From: Octopus sinensis | Lineage: Eukaryota | Length of the DNA stretch: 64,000 bases | Direction: 5' to 3' | Assembly: GCF_006345805.1 (NCBI RefSeq) | Contig: NC_042998.1 | Span: forward strand, 68,758,001-68,822,000 | Notes under the pieces: generated by a model | Database searches by the model: none | The model's input: only the letters and a program-made list of their open reading frames with translations | Told to the model about the DNA's origin: nothing | Translations under genes and position numbers: made by a program | In this document: positions 12,235 through 24,360 of the stretch, one piece after another | Layout of the letters: every line of letters starts with the position of its first letter | Position numbering within the stretch: position 1 is the first letter of the stretch

Positions 12235-12705
12235 ATTACCTGAGTAGGATCCCTTAAACCATTTTAAAGACAAATTTTGTTGTGTTATCCTGACCCATTC
12301 AATTAGGAAGTATAGTTGACTGAGATAAATCCAGGTATAAATGGCTTATTTGGTATCTCTTGAAGAAATTTGGCCAGGTTTATATATATCCGTCTATATA
12401 TATATATCCGTCCAAGGCTGGGGTCATGTGCCATTGGCCTCCTACACATTTCAGGTTCACAATGCATAAATTCGCTGCAACACAACTTCTTTTCCTCTAC
12501 AGGCCGTGTTCATTATCCGAAAACGAATCAAAGAAAAAGATCCCATCAACTTGGAACGAAACCTGGACAAATTTCTTCAAGAGATACCAAATAAGCCATC
12601 TATACCTGGATTTATCTCAGTCAACTACACTTCCTAATCGAATGGGTCAGGATAACACAACAAAATTTGTCTTTAAAATGGCTTAAGGGATCCTACTCAG
12701 GTAAT
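12235..12705. repeat. 147-bp inverted repeat (12235-12381 / 12559-12705), 5 mismatches
   Basis: Base-by-base comparison: the left arm equals the reverse complement of the right arm at 142/147 positions. Spacer is 177 nt. Confidence 0.97.
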
Positions 12706-12750
12706 GCTATTAAATCAGACATGGCCTGGGCCAATCTTTGCCTGAAACAT
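12411..12750 (+). mobile_element. CR1-like LINE 3' end (right arm of a fold-back)
   Basis: PRLGSCAI...NSLQHNFFSSTG / LFII.KRIKEKDPINLERNLDKFLQEIPNKPSIPGFISVN is a CR1-type C-terminus. Confidence 0.7.
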
Positions 12751-12851
12751 ATCTGGGTTGTGTGTGTGTATGTGTCTGTGTGTCTGTGTGTCTGTGTGTG
12801 CGTGTGCGTATTATTATATATTCATACATATAGATAGATATGTATACCAAT

Positions 12852-12953
<102 letters not shown>

Positions 12954-13175
12954 CATGTATATAAATTAGAGAACCACCATATAGCAATTCAACAATGATA
13001 TACTTAAATCATACCATATAGAAAAAAATTAAACATACGATAAAACATTTACCTAGAACTAAATAAAATGATAAATAAATAGTTTATAATTAGTAAATAG
13101 ACTACACGTGTTTCGTGGCTATATTTTCAAATTTATATTATTATTATATAGATGTATGTATGCACATATATATAG

Positions 13176-13209
<34 letters not shown>

Positions 13210-13519
13210 ACAGTCTGTGTGTGAGGATGGTGTTAACCAGGACTACGAACCCATTAGTGTTTAGTGTGCAATCCTTTTTCTGTCTAGGATGACTGTACTA
13301 ATACAATCAGTTGATAGAAATGACAAATAACATTTTTATGTACGATATATGTGTACGTGTGTACGTGTGAGTGTATGTATGTATGAGGGAGAGAAAGGAA
13401 TAGAGTAAGAGAGAGAAAAAAGAGAGAGAGAAAAAAGAGAGAGAGAGAGAGAGCTTGTGTGTGTATGTATACGCGAATGTATTAGGCGCGAATTTCTTTT
13501 CTTTATATATAAATATATT

Positions 13520-13853
13520 TCAACTTTCCATTCGCGGTTCAACTGTAACAGCGGCGTCTCCACTTCCTGTATCATTCGCTGATTCAAAAGCTTTATTAAC
13601 ACACCCATTATCTGACGTTGATAATCCTGTTGATTTATTCATTTCTAACTCATTATTAGCAGAAGAGGGCGGTTTTTTGTCGATCTCAGACAGTGAGTCA
13701 AAATCTGTTTGACAAGTCTTGGAGCAGAATTGTGTCGTATCGTTCACCGATTCCACGTCATCTGGCACTTGTTTGGTGTTATCGTAAATATTCTCGTCTG
13801 AGCTTTGTGCCTTAGGCGCAACTTTTTTGATGTTGTGTTTCCTTTTTCGTTTC
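13520..13853 (-). CDS. Exon 6: cytoplasmic tail to stop codon
   Basis: atatttcAG|G AAA CGA AAA AGG ... GAA AGT TGA. The phase-2 entry gives W-KRKRK stop-transfer, then ENIYDN and a Ser/Thr/Asp-rich tail ending EPRMES*. Same frame as ORF-track 13520..13768. Confidence 0.85.
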
Positions 13854-13931
13854 CTGAAATATTGAATATATTATAAATATAATAAATATATTATAAGCAA
13901 TACTAAATCTCTGAACGAGGTATAATATATA

Positions 13932-14228
13932 TCTTTATATATAAAAGTAAGGTTGTGTGTCTGTCTCCTACGATTTAGATTCCTAACTACTCCCACATTT
14001 TGCGGTGCAGTTTAACCAAAACCGGGTATCTTATAGTCGTGATTCATATCGAGCCCTTCTGGGTATTAGCGCGCGTCTACGATGAGTCTACGATTTTAAA
14101 AAAAATTTACCATCATTTTTTTTCCATTTTTAATGCATTTTTTTGCTATCTTTTGGCTATAACTCTCTAAAAGTGGTTATATAGTTATTTCCCTTACAAA
14201 CCCGAGCAACGCCGGGCGATACTGCTAG
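13932..14228 (+). mobile_element. Non-autonomous Helitron (297 bp)
   Basis: A|TCTTTATATATAAAAG 5' end, subterminal hairpin CCCGAGCAACGCCGGG, CTAG|T 3' end; inserted at an AT dinucleotide. Confidence 0.85.
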
Positions 14229-14374
14229 TATATTATAAATGGTAGAATAATGTGATTATTTTAAAGCGGATTTAGGAATAGCAGCTGAGCACATTTACCG
14301 TTGGTGTAAATAATGATTTTAAGGATCAAGTTATCTGGGACTTCACTATCTATATATGAATACAAGACACTAAT

Positions 14375-14790
14375 TGTTCTCCTTACATTGTTTCTCATGA
14401 TCGCGGACACGGCTGACAAGACCAACACGGGACAGCCAGATCTTGTGACAGCGAGAGCATTGAAAGTGAACCCGAACGACAGCTGTGGGGGGGTGACGAT
14501 GTCTCCTTCTTTCTTTATGCTATCTCTTGCGTTCGATATCAAAGCGTTCTACTCCAGCGTTACACACTGACATCCGTGCCTTCTGATTTACAGCCAGGGG
14601 CTCCGACCGATTGGGAAGGACACCGCATAAAATGAGAGACTGCTTGAGAGGACCATGGAAATGAAGCTTTGGACATCCATGAGGCCTACTTCAAGTCTCG
14701 CTGAAGAAGGCCCTCTTTGGGAGCCAGTTGCCCGGCATCCGAACCACGTGGTAAACCCAATGAAGACGACGAAGGGTGCAGGCCTCAACG
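14375..14790 (-). mobile_element. RTE-clade LINE 3' fragment with C-terminal C2H2-like finger
   Basis: LRRLHWVYHVVRMPGNWLPKRAFFSE / LEVG / GCPKLHF..LKQSL...FQCSRCHKIWLSRVGLVSRVRDH across frameshifts. Confidence 0.8.
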
Positions 14791-14938
14791 CTGGATATAC
14801 ACATACACAGACACAGACACGCGCATAAACATACATATACACATATATTAATACATACATATATATGCATACATACATAGATATGCATACATACATAGAT
14901 ATGCATACATACATATATATGCATACGTACATATATAT

Positions 14939-15014
<76 letters not shown>

Positions 15015-15112
15015 ATACATATTATAGTACAATACATACATGCAAATGCATACATACTACATACATCATACATACATACATACACATACATACATACCTA
15101 CAATAACATACA

Positions 15113-15720
15113 TACAAGTTTAGGTTTATACCTGTAACTATTGGGGTCCTGGGATATGTAACACGCTGCCTAAATACCAATCTTGAGAAATTAGGCTTCT
15201 CAAAACCAGAGAGGAGAAAGCTAATTCGAAGACTACAGATCCAATCTATCACTGGAACTGTAAAAATCTGTAAAACTTTCCAGAAGTTTATCATTTAAAT
15301 ATATATGAGCATGTCTAGAGATGCAACTATATGCATGAGAATACATACATAAAACAAAACATAAAAAATCTGCACATATACATACATGCATACATACATA
15401 CATACATACATACATACATACATACATACATACATACATACATACATACATACATACATACACACAAGACTTTTCTCAAGTTCCTAATGTGAATTTGTCT
15501 GTGTTAACTAAATCTCAAAGATGGAGCCTTGCATCTTGCTGGAAACCGACTCCCTCTTCAGTGGAAGATTTATAATAATCAAAAAATCGAAGAGACATAC
15601 ATACATAAAAAATACTCAGCTGTTGGTGTTGAAATTCCAATGAAGGACCCTTGGATCTAGATTAGAAACCAGTTCTTTCTCTATTGGCAAGAAATTTTAA
15701 AATAAAACTAAACAATGACA
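15113..15720 (+). mobile_element. Nested 3' ends of REL retrotransposons (family 4) embedded in (CATA)n
   Basis: 15113-15297 reads [16 protein letters not shown]...LQIQSITGTVKICKTFQKFII*. 15464-15595 reads TFLKFLM* plus a 3' UTR matching the reverse complement of 49841-49960. A third UTR-like piece lies at 15605-15720. Every junction is in CATA repeats. Confidence 0.75.
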
Positions 15721-15804
15721 TACACACATACATGCGCACATACATAAGACAGACAGACTGATAGATAGACAGATACACATAAATGTTAATAAAAAGCTAC
15801 TTAC

Positions 15805-15880
15805 CATCGATAAACGATGAGTATGATAATCATTACAGCAATGAGGAGCAGCACTAGTATCGGAACAAGGATTTTGACGA
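15805..15880 (-). CDS. Exon 5: transmembrane helix
   Basis: ctcttctccttttttttttAG|TC GTC AAA ATC ... TAT CGA TG|GTAAGT; 76 nt, phase 1-2; (F)VKILVPILVLLLIAVMIIILIVYR(W). Not in the ORF track. Confidence 0.88.
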
Positions 15881-15966
15881 CTAAAAAAAAAGGAGAAGAG
15901 ATTCAAAGAGAGTTGACCAGAAAAAAACTAACGTTTTGACATTATTTCTCTCATACTAGCACACAC

Positions 15967-16007
<41 letters not shown>

Positions 16008-16280
16008 ATCTGTTAACTGAATATCTAAAACAAAGACCTTATCTTCATGAAAAACAACAGTCATGTTAGTGATAATTAAATGCAGAGAGTATTTAACACT
16101 AACGATGAGGTCATGCCATAATAATATTGAAGCATATTCAAAATTATCTTCTCCTATTCATTCGCCAACAGTCCGCAAAAGTATACTTCCATTGTACATA
16201 TAATACATATATATATATATTTATATAAATATATATATATATATTTATTACATATATATATATATATATATGATATATAT

Positions 16281-16336
<56 letters not shown>

Positions 16337-16364
16337 CATATTTATATATATATAGATATATGAA

Positions 16365-16660
16365 GGAGAACCCCGTCGGTTACGACGACGAGGTCCCAGC
16401 TGATACGATCAACGGAAAAGCCTGCTCATGAAATTAACGTGCAAGTGACTGAGCAATCCACAGACACGCGTACCCTTAACGTAGTTCTCAGGGAGATTCA
16501 GCCCTTTGAAATACAGGTACAACTCATTTTTGCCAGCTGAGTGTGCTGGAGCAACGTGAAATAAAGTGTCTTACTCATGGGCACAACGCGTCGCCGGGAA
16601 TCGAACTCACGACCTTACAATCGTGAGCCGAATGCCCTAACCACTAAGCCACGCGCCTTC
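16365..16660 (-). mobile_element. SINE family C2
   Basis: Same head and central domain as C1 but a different tail (GAGAACTACGTTAAGGGTAC...CTCGTCGTCGTAACCG). Confidence 0.8.
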
Positions 16661-16669
16661 ACACGCACA

Positions 16670-16725
<56 letters not shown>

Positions 16726-16901
16726 ACACACACACACACATATATATATATGTTAAAGACTTGTTTTATTTATATTTCCTGAGCGCCATACTAATACAAT
16801 TGTTTGTTTGTATTCCACCTGCCTTCGTCTTTTTTTATTTCCGTAAACCTGCCTTCGTCTTTTTGTCTATTTTCATAAAGCTTCCCGTTATATATATATA
16901 T

Positions 16902-16955
<54 letters not shown>

Positions 16956-16995
16956 TATGTATGTATGTATGTATGTATTATTTATATATTATATA

Positions 16996-17033
<38 letters not shown>

Positions 17034-17249
17034 TATGTTGTATGTATGTACATACATACATACATACATACATACATACATACATACATACATACATACA
17101 TACATACATACATACTTTCGCAATTTAGTCAACGTAATTGCCGTCATATAAGACATAAAACCGAGCGCTTAAGACGCACTCCTATTTTACAAGTATACAT
17201 TGCGGGAAAAATAAATTTAACGTGATTCATCACACACTAATTGAAAGAA

Positions 17250-17575
17250 GTGCAGGCGTGTGGCTTAGTGGTTAGGGCATTAGACTCACGACTGTAAGGT
17301 CGTGAGTTCAATTCCCGGCGACGCATTGTGTTCTTGAGCAAGATACTTTATTTCACGTTGCTCCAGTCCACTCAGCTGGCAAAAATGAGTAGTACCTGTA
17401 TTTCAAATGGCCAGCCTTGTCACATTCTGTGTCACGCTGAATCTCCTCGAGAACTACGTTAAGGGTACAAGTGTCTGTGGAGTGCTCAGCCACTTGCACG
17501 GTAATTTTACGAGCAAGCTGTTCTGTTGATCGGATCAACTGGGGTCCTCGTCGTCGTAACCGGCAGAGCGCTCCT
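17250..17575 (+). mobile_element. SINE family C2 (head-to-head with 16365-16660)
   Basis: Family C2 consensus. A further decayed copy lies at 18985-19230 on the minus strand. Confidence 0.8.
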
Positions 17576-19644
17576 ATTAATTGAAAGCTATTTTAAAGTG
17601 ATTTTGTATGATTCTGTATATGTAATACAATATTGTGGCAGTATATTGAAAAAAAAAGAATGAAATCATAAATTTATCATAAATAAACTACTTGTTTGTC
17701 CCATCTATGTTTAGACCCCTGTGGGCAATAAAGAAATAACAAGCAACTATACACTTAATCGAAATATATAACAGACGAAAAATAAGTTACCTTTAAAACA
17801 TTTTACAAATGGCGTCTAAATACGCCGGTAAGTGCGATAATTTAAATTTTCTATACTCTCTTTTACTCTCTTTTACTTGTTTCAGTCATTTGACTGCGGC
17901 CATGCTGGAGCACCGCCTTTAATCGAGCAACTCGACCCCGGGACTTATTCTTTTTTTATAAGCCCAGTACTTATTCTATCGGTCTCTTTTGCCGAACCGC
18001 TAAGTGATGAATTGTAAAAGTAGTAAAAATGTTATAAATATGAGGAGACGTGGTTGTGGGATTAAGAAGATAATCAATATCAGACAATGTAGTGGGAGGG
18101 GGTGTAAAATAGACTAAAAATATAAACTTTGAACGTTGAACAGAGAGTCCCAACATAATTGCAGCTCAATGACTGAAACTAAGAACAGAATAAAAGAATA
18201 AAAGAATAAAAGAATAGAAGAATCAAAATCCCCTTGTTGTTAATTACTTGTATTGATATACTTTTTATTATAGTTAATCGATGTATTGAATTCTGTTCGA
18301 GTAGAGTGTAAGACAATTAATGAAATAACGAAGTAGTCCTAAACTCTTCCCCCCTTCCTCTCTTTCTCTCTCTGTCTCTCTCTCTTTCTCTGTCTCTATT
18401 TGCCTCTCTGTCTCTCTCTGTCTCTCTCTCTCTATCTCTCTCTCCCTCTGTCTTTCTCTGTCTCTGTCTCTCTCCCCCAATCTCTCTCTCCCCCCTCTCT
18501 CTCCCTCTCTCTCCCTACCTCTCTGTCCCTACCTTTCTCTCCCTCCCTCTTTCTCCCTCTCTCTAACTCTATCTCCCTCTCTCCATCTTTCTCTCCCTCT
18601 CTTTCTCTCACTATCTACCTCTCTCTCTCCGATATCTGATCTGACCAAAATCTATTTTGTTCTCTCATGAACTTATCTAAAATAATTTCATGTGAAACAC
18701 CGGCCCCGACAGTTAAAGTATTCATTCACAGTAAACAAAGTGAAAATAAGTGGATCTACGTCGATTTCGACGATGACTATTCAGACAATCGATCAACTGT
18801 ACAACCTGTTCGTTGTATAAGAGTAAGTGGCCGAGTATTTCACAGACCCGCACCTTTAATGCAATCCTTGGGGAAAATCAATGTGACATACTATGTGACT
18901 AAATCATATTCTTAACGTAAACCTCGGGTAGAATCAATGTGACATGGTGTATGACAAGGTAGGGGTGGAGCTTTACTATAAGACTGGCACTCCGTCGGTT
19001 ACGACGATGAACATTCCAGTTGATCCGACCGACGGAACAGCTTGCTCATGGAGTTAACGTACAAGTGGCTGAATCTTCCACCGACAAGTGTACCCTTAAC
19101 ATAGTTCTCAGGAGATTCAGCGATGTATTTAAAGATGGCTCTTTGAAATAGAAGTTAAATTCATTTTTGCTAGCTGTCTGGACTGGAGAATCGTGAAAAT
19201 AAAGCGTCTTGCTCAAGAACACAACGCGTGTGTATATATATACATATATATATATATATAGGCATAGAAGTGGCTGTCTGATAAGAAGCTTGCTTCCCAA
19301 CCACATGGCTCTGGGTTCAGTCCCACTGCGTGGCACCTTCGGCAAGTGTCGTCTTAGTTTAGCCTCGAGCTGACCAAAGCTTTGTGAGTGGATTTGGTAG
19401 ACCGAAACTGAAAGAAGCCTGTCGTATATCTATACATATATTTGTATGTATGTGTGTTTGTTATTTGTTATTTGTGTCTGTGTTTGTCCCCTCCACCATC
19501 GCTTTACAACCGATGTTGGTGTGTTTACAACCCCGTAACTTAGCGGTTCTGCAAAAAGAGACAGATTGATAAGTACTATGCGTACAAAGAATAAACACAC
19601 GCACACATACGTACATACATTAATGTATATGTATATATATAATT

Positions 19645-19704
<60 letters not shown>

Positions 19705-19960
19705 TATATAATATTATATATATATATATATAGTATATATACATATATACGGTATGTGTATATATGTGTATATATTTGACTACAGCATGACCGCATTCAA
19801 ATGACTGAAACAAGCAAAAGAATAAATAATTATATATATAACGCATCTGTTGTTCTCGTGAGTCACTGCTGTGTTCATCGTCAAAACGAAAGTATCAGAT
19901 CGATCTTCACAAGCACAATAAATAGGTAATTTAATTAATTAGTTGGTTAATTCTACTTAC

Positions 19961-20113
19961 AATCTATGTTAAATAACATGGCGACGTTTGATAGATTCTT
20001 CGATGTCTGTAATTCTATCAATTGGTAACGTGAACGTTCGATCTTGGAATACAATTCTGCTCGCTTGAAAGGTGAACAGGAAACCTTTATCGTTGTTTCG
20101 ATCGATGAATTAA
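19961..20113 (-). CDS. Exon 4: end of CUB-like domain and juxtamembrane stalk
   Basis: tttgtacAG|TT AAT TCA ... ATA GAT T|GTAAGT; 153 nt, phase 1-1, open frame (V)NSSIETTIKVSCSPFKRAELYSKIERSRYQLIELQTSKNLSNVAMLFNID. Supplies a fourth Cys for the CUB-like unit. Not in the ORF track. Confidence 0.75.
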
Positions 20114-20789
20114 CTGTACAAATTTGTTTGAAAGGAAATATGTCAAGAATTTAATATGAAATTACGACATGTAAAATACATTTTTATTAGGAAAAATATG
20201 ACATAACATACAGAACAAAAAATTAAACACACCAACTCAAACCTCAGCATCAAATATGTTTGTGTGTGTTTAATAGAAGTGTAATTTAGTCTGAGGGTGG
20301 AAAGTAAAAGTGGTAATAAAGCTATTGCTTTTTTTCCCATTTGGCCAGAAAAAAAATCGATTTGATTGGTTTAAACATTACTTGTAGTTTTATTACTTTT
20401 ATCCTAAAACATTAGTTTTGTGGAACTTGCCCATCCTTTTATGTTCTTTGCTTTTTTCTTGACGAACGACCGCTGACCAAAACGTTGAACTGTCTACTAT
20501 TTCTTGTTTACAGTTTAAAATTAGATACGTTGTATTTTCGATTCATTTCTGTTTGTTTTGCTCGTGAACAGTTTTGGATATCATTACCAAACGCTGGCAC
20601 AGACATACCACCTGGTTTATTTGTAGTTTCAACGTTTATTAACAACTCACCAGTGACTGTTAATTATAGTGTACAGAAATTAATTATCTGCCAAATACGC
20701 ATTCCGTTAATTAACTAATGGCAATGAGAATTTATAAATTAATATATGTACGTATGTGTGTGTGTGCATTTTTATTTGATTATTGTTGT

Positions 20790-21060
20790 CCAATCGTGAC
20801 CGAGGAAGACCACCACTGACTATTGTCCATGCGTAAGGTTATTGCACCAGCAGTCGACTTTACCTAAGTTCGGGTCCGCAGCTTCCATGTTCGCCGCAGC
20901 GCCCTCCTACTTGAGGTCCAATATGATTTGCAAACCCAAGAATGTGGGATCACCATCATCTCAAGCACAAACAAACGATCCACAAAATGTTCAATGCCAT
21001 TCCCTGCATTTCTGGTTTTATATCAGAGTAACCTGCTAGAGATATTACTTTAATAAAAGC
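20790..21060 (-). mobile_element. Decayed RTE-like LINE 3' fragment
   Basis: SRLL*YKTRNAGNGIEH...RRALRRTWKLRTRT*...MDNSQWWSSSV resembles the RTE tail (RWYGHV.R...GRPRRTW...DR..W). Confidence 0.45.
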
Positions 21061-21148
21061 TAAGGGATCCCTCACTCCCGGTAGTCTTCCAGCACGCCGA
21101 ACACCAACCCGGAATTTCTGAAACACTGTGCATGTATACGCACATGTT

Positions 21149-21250
<102 letters not shown>

Positions 21251-21256
21251 TATATA

Positions 21257-21338
<82 letters not shown>

Positions 21339-22062
21339 TATATACACATATCTATCTATATCTATCTATATAAGCCCATGTATGTATATGCATATGTATA
21401 TATACACACATATACATGTCTATATGCATATATCTACATCTATATCAATCTGCACACCTATATCTATATCTGTGTGTGTGTGAGTGTGCGTCTCTGTGTG
21501 TGTGTATAAATTCATACAGTTATCTCTTTTTCTATATTTTTCCTCTTTTAGCTTATACCTTCCACCAAATATAAAATGTTGCTCATTACAAAGTAATTTT
21601 GTAATACAGTTGCACCACACACACATCAGTCCCACCTTCCATATTTCTCTTGCCGTCCCATTTGCTTCACAAGCATCATGCTTTTGTGTTCACGCTTGCA
21701 TCCGCTCTCATCTCTTCACATTCACGATTTCATACCAATTATGTACTTAACATTTACACCCCCACACACGCCCATGCATCAAGATTTCACACACGTGCAC
21801 TAACCTACGTCTCTATACTTCTACACTTGCACACATCTACACATCACACTAAAATACACACACCGTTTCCCCTTATATCCGACTCCAGACACAAGTACAC
21901 CCCTCAAATGTGCATTTATATACCTACCCTTCGTTCCTGTCTTAACTCTTCCCCACCTATCAGCATTATCACCTGGTTTCTAACTTTTCATCCGTTTCTT
22001 TTCTTACTAACCGTTTCTCTTTCTCTCTCCTCTACGGTTCTCGTTTATGATGAAGGATTAAT

Positions 22063-22427
22063 GTCCGAAATGTTATAACTTTCTTTAAATATGAGAAAAT
22101 ATGAGAGATCACTATATGGATCCCTTGCATGCTAAAAATAGACGTCAAACCGTCTTACCACTATATCTGTGTTCTCAACTTACTAACACACCCGATGTTT
22201 ACAAGCTAGACACTTGAAAAGAAATAAATATAGCACTTGATTAAATGCTATGCTTATTTCTTTTTATTTCTTTTCATTTGTCTAGCTCGTAAACATCGAG
22301 TATGTTAATAAGTTGAGAACACCGATTTAGTGGTAAGACGGTTTGACGTCTATTTTTAGCATACAAGGGATCCATATAGTGACCTCTCATATTATTTATG
22401 TTTAAAGAAAGTTATAACGTTTCGGAC
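22063..22427. repeat. ~365-bp fold-back at the end of a Penelope-like terminal repeat
   Basis: Arms 22063-~22235 and ~22248-22427 are reverse complements (roughly 90% by eye) almost to the centre. The left arm starts inside a hammerhead-like motif. Confidence 0.9.
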
Positions 22428-22712
22428 GTTTTTAAGCATGCTGACCACTAGTTGATATTGATATTATTTAATAATATTATTTAATAATATTAATTTCTAC
22501 TCTTGTTATAACTTTCTTTTTTTCCATTAAAGCGTTACGCTTAATACCTTATTTATTGAACTTTGTTCTTCTTGTGTCGGCTTTTTTTTATTGTTCATCA
22601 TATTTATACTAATTATCTCTGTGTATATGTGTGTGTATACATAGATAACGATCTTGTCAAAATGTTAAACTAAACCAGAGCATATATATAAGTGTTTAAT
22701 CTGACTACTTAC

Positions 22713-23072
22713 CTACAAAGTAGAAAGCAAATTCTCTTTGGGGCAAATACCACAAACTAATACCAGGTTTTGTGCCGTCCGCTACATAGATTGTATCGAG
22801 ACCCTTTAAATTCATTTCATACGTGATATTTTTCATTGGGTAATTTGTCGTATCGGATTCATCAAAAACAAACAAGGATTGTGGGTAATTAATTTCTGCA
22901 TTAATAGCTTTCAATTCGATCCGGTGGTTTACACGACCTGTTGTCTGGATATTGCACCTGCATGCCCCTTTCTTCAGGTAAGGGTATCCGGGAGATTTTA
23001 GATAAATTGGTTTACCCTGGCGAGATATCATTTCTGGACCAGTCGGAGAACATACTTCCATGATGTCGTATT
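22713..23072 (-). CDS. Exon 3: CUB-like domain
   Basis: ctttctttccgcAG|AA TAC GAC ATC ATG GAA GTA TGT ... TTT GTA G|GTAAGT; 360 nt, phase 1-1. EVC...IYLKSPGYP...ACRCNI resembles the CUB N-terminal signature. Confidence 0.85.
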
Positions 23073-23529
23073 CTGCGGAAAGAAAGATACATCAAGTTTA
23101 GAACGATGCTTTTGTTTTCACTTAAAGGGTTACCATTTCTTTTAACGGTTTGATATGAGAAAAGGAAAGAAAACATTGTGTCCATAGCTTCAGCAATTTC
23201 TTCTATACTGATGGTTAAGTCGAGCTGCTTACGTCCATCTGTACATTGCTGCAAGAAAACATAGATAAGTTCCTTCCCGAGTCATATAGACCCATAGGGC
23301 CGTTTTCTTGGTTTCAGTGGTGTATATATTCACCCCTGGACGGGACGCCAATCCGTCGCACGGTTACTCATTTTTGCCAGCTGAGTGGACTGGAGCAACG
23401 AGAAATGAAGTGTCTTACTCAAGAACACAACGCGTTACATGGTCCAGAAATCGAAACTGCAATCTTACGATCATACTTCAACGCCCTAACCATTAAGCAC
23501 ACGTCTCCACAAAGGAAAAAGACATAGGG

Positions 23530-23693
23530 AAGGAATTCTAAAGGGAGGAAACTCAGCAGGTTGAGAATGGACACAATATGGACGATGAGAGGCGTGAGTC
23601 AAGTGCAACAAAAGGAGTGAGTCAAGTGAATCAAGAGGAACTGAATGGAACTGGTTCGAGATCAGTAAGGTCTTTATACCTCTTTCTCTCTCT

Positions 23694-23763
<70 letters not shown>

Positions 23764-24360
23764 ACCCCGTCCCCCTATCTCTATCCCTCTATTTATCCCT
23801 TCTTTCTTCTCTCTCAATCAGCTACATAAAGGGTCCAAAACAGAAGTGTTCCAATCAAAGCCTTTCACCATCACCTTCTGGGCAGGACAGGACAAGAAAG
23901 AAATCCTTTTTGAGATACCGGAAGAGCGTTCAATAAAACGATGGCTAACAGGGTCATTGGAACGCACAATCAGCTGACATGAAGTGCCCGTATGACGCAG
24001 GAAGTGGTGTGTGATGATGTTACACTGATCATAATGATTTGGGGGTGGTAGAAGTTAGGTTTGGAGGGGAGAAAGAGATCAAGGGTATTTGGAGTGTCTA
24101 TGAGTCGGTCGCGGATATGTGTAGGGGCGAAACTATGACCTTCAAAAGCTTCTATATATGCACAAGCAACATGAGTGCGAGAGTTGAGTGCGAGAATTGA
24201 GAGTGAGAATTGAGAAGAGTTGTGATGGTGGATTCAGCGAGAACAGTAAAGTAAGATATATATTCTTGATGTAGAAAGAGATGTGGACGAATGGCAGAAG
24301 GTGGCTGAAGGAGTTTGAAGAGTAATAGAGAAAGTAGATATATTTAAAGGAGTGAAGAAG
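23530..24360 (-). mobile_element. Highly decayed LINE ORF2 fragment (AP-endonuclease C-terminus and linker), interrupted by (CT)n
   Basis: PTHIRDRLIDTPNTLDLFLPSKP resembles the APE motif PTR.PDR....PN.LDLFLTS.P; FDWN...DPLC further on. Confidence 0.5.

Noticed and set aside
14313-14570. + strand ORF containing SLAFDIKAFYSSVTH, reminiscent of an RT motif
   Set aside because: It is the antisense of an RTE LINE 3' fragment that translates much more convincingly on the minus strand.
18667-18915. 82-aa non-repetitive + strand ORF in intron 4
   Set aside because: No recognisable motif, no convincing splice sites on either strand, and antisense to the gene.
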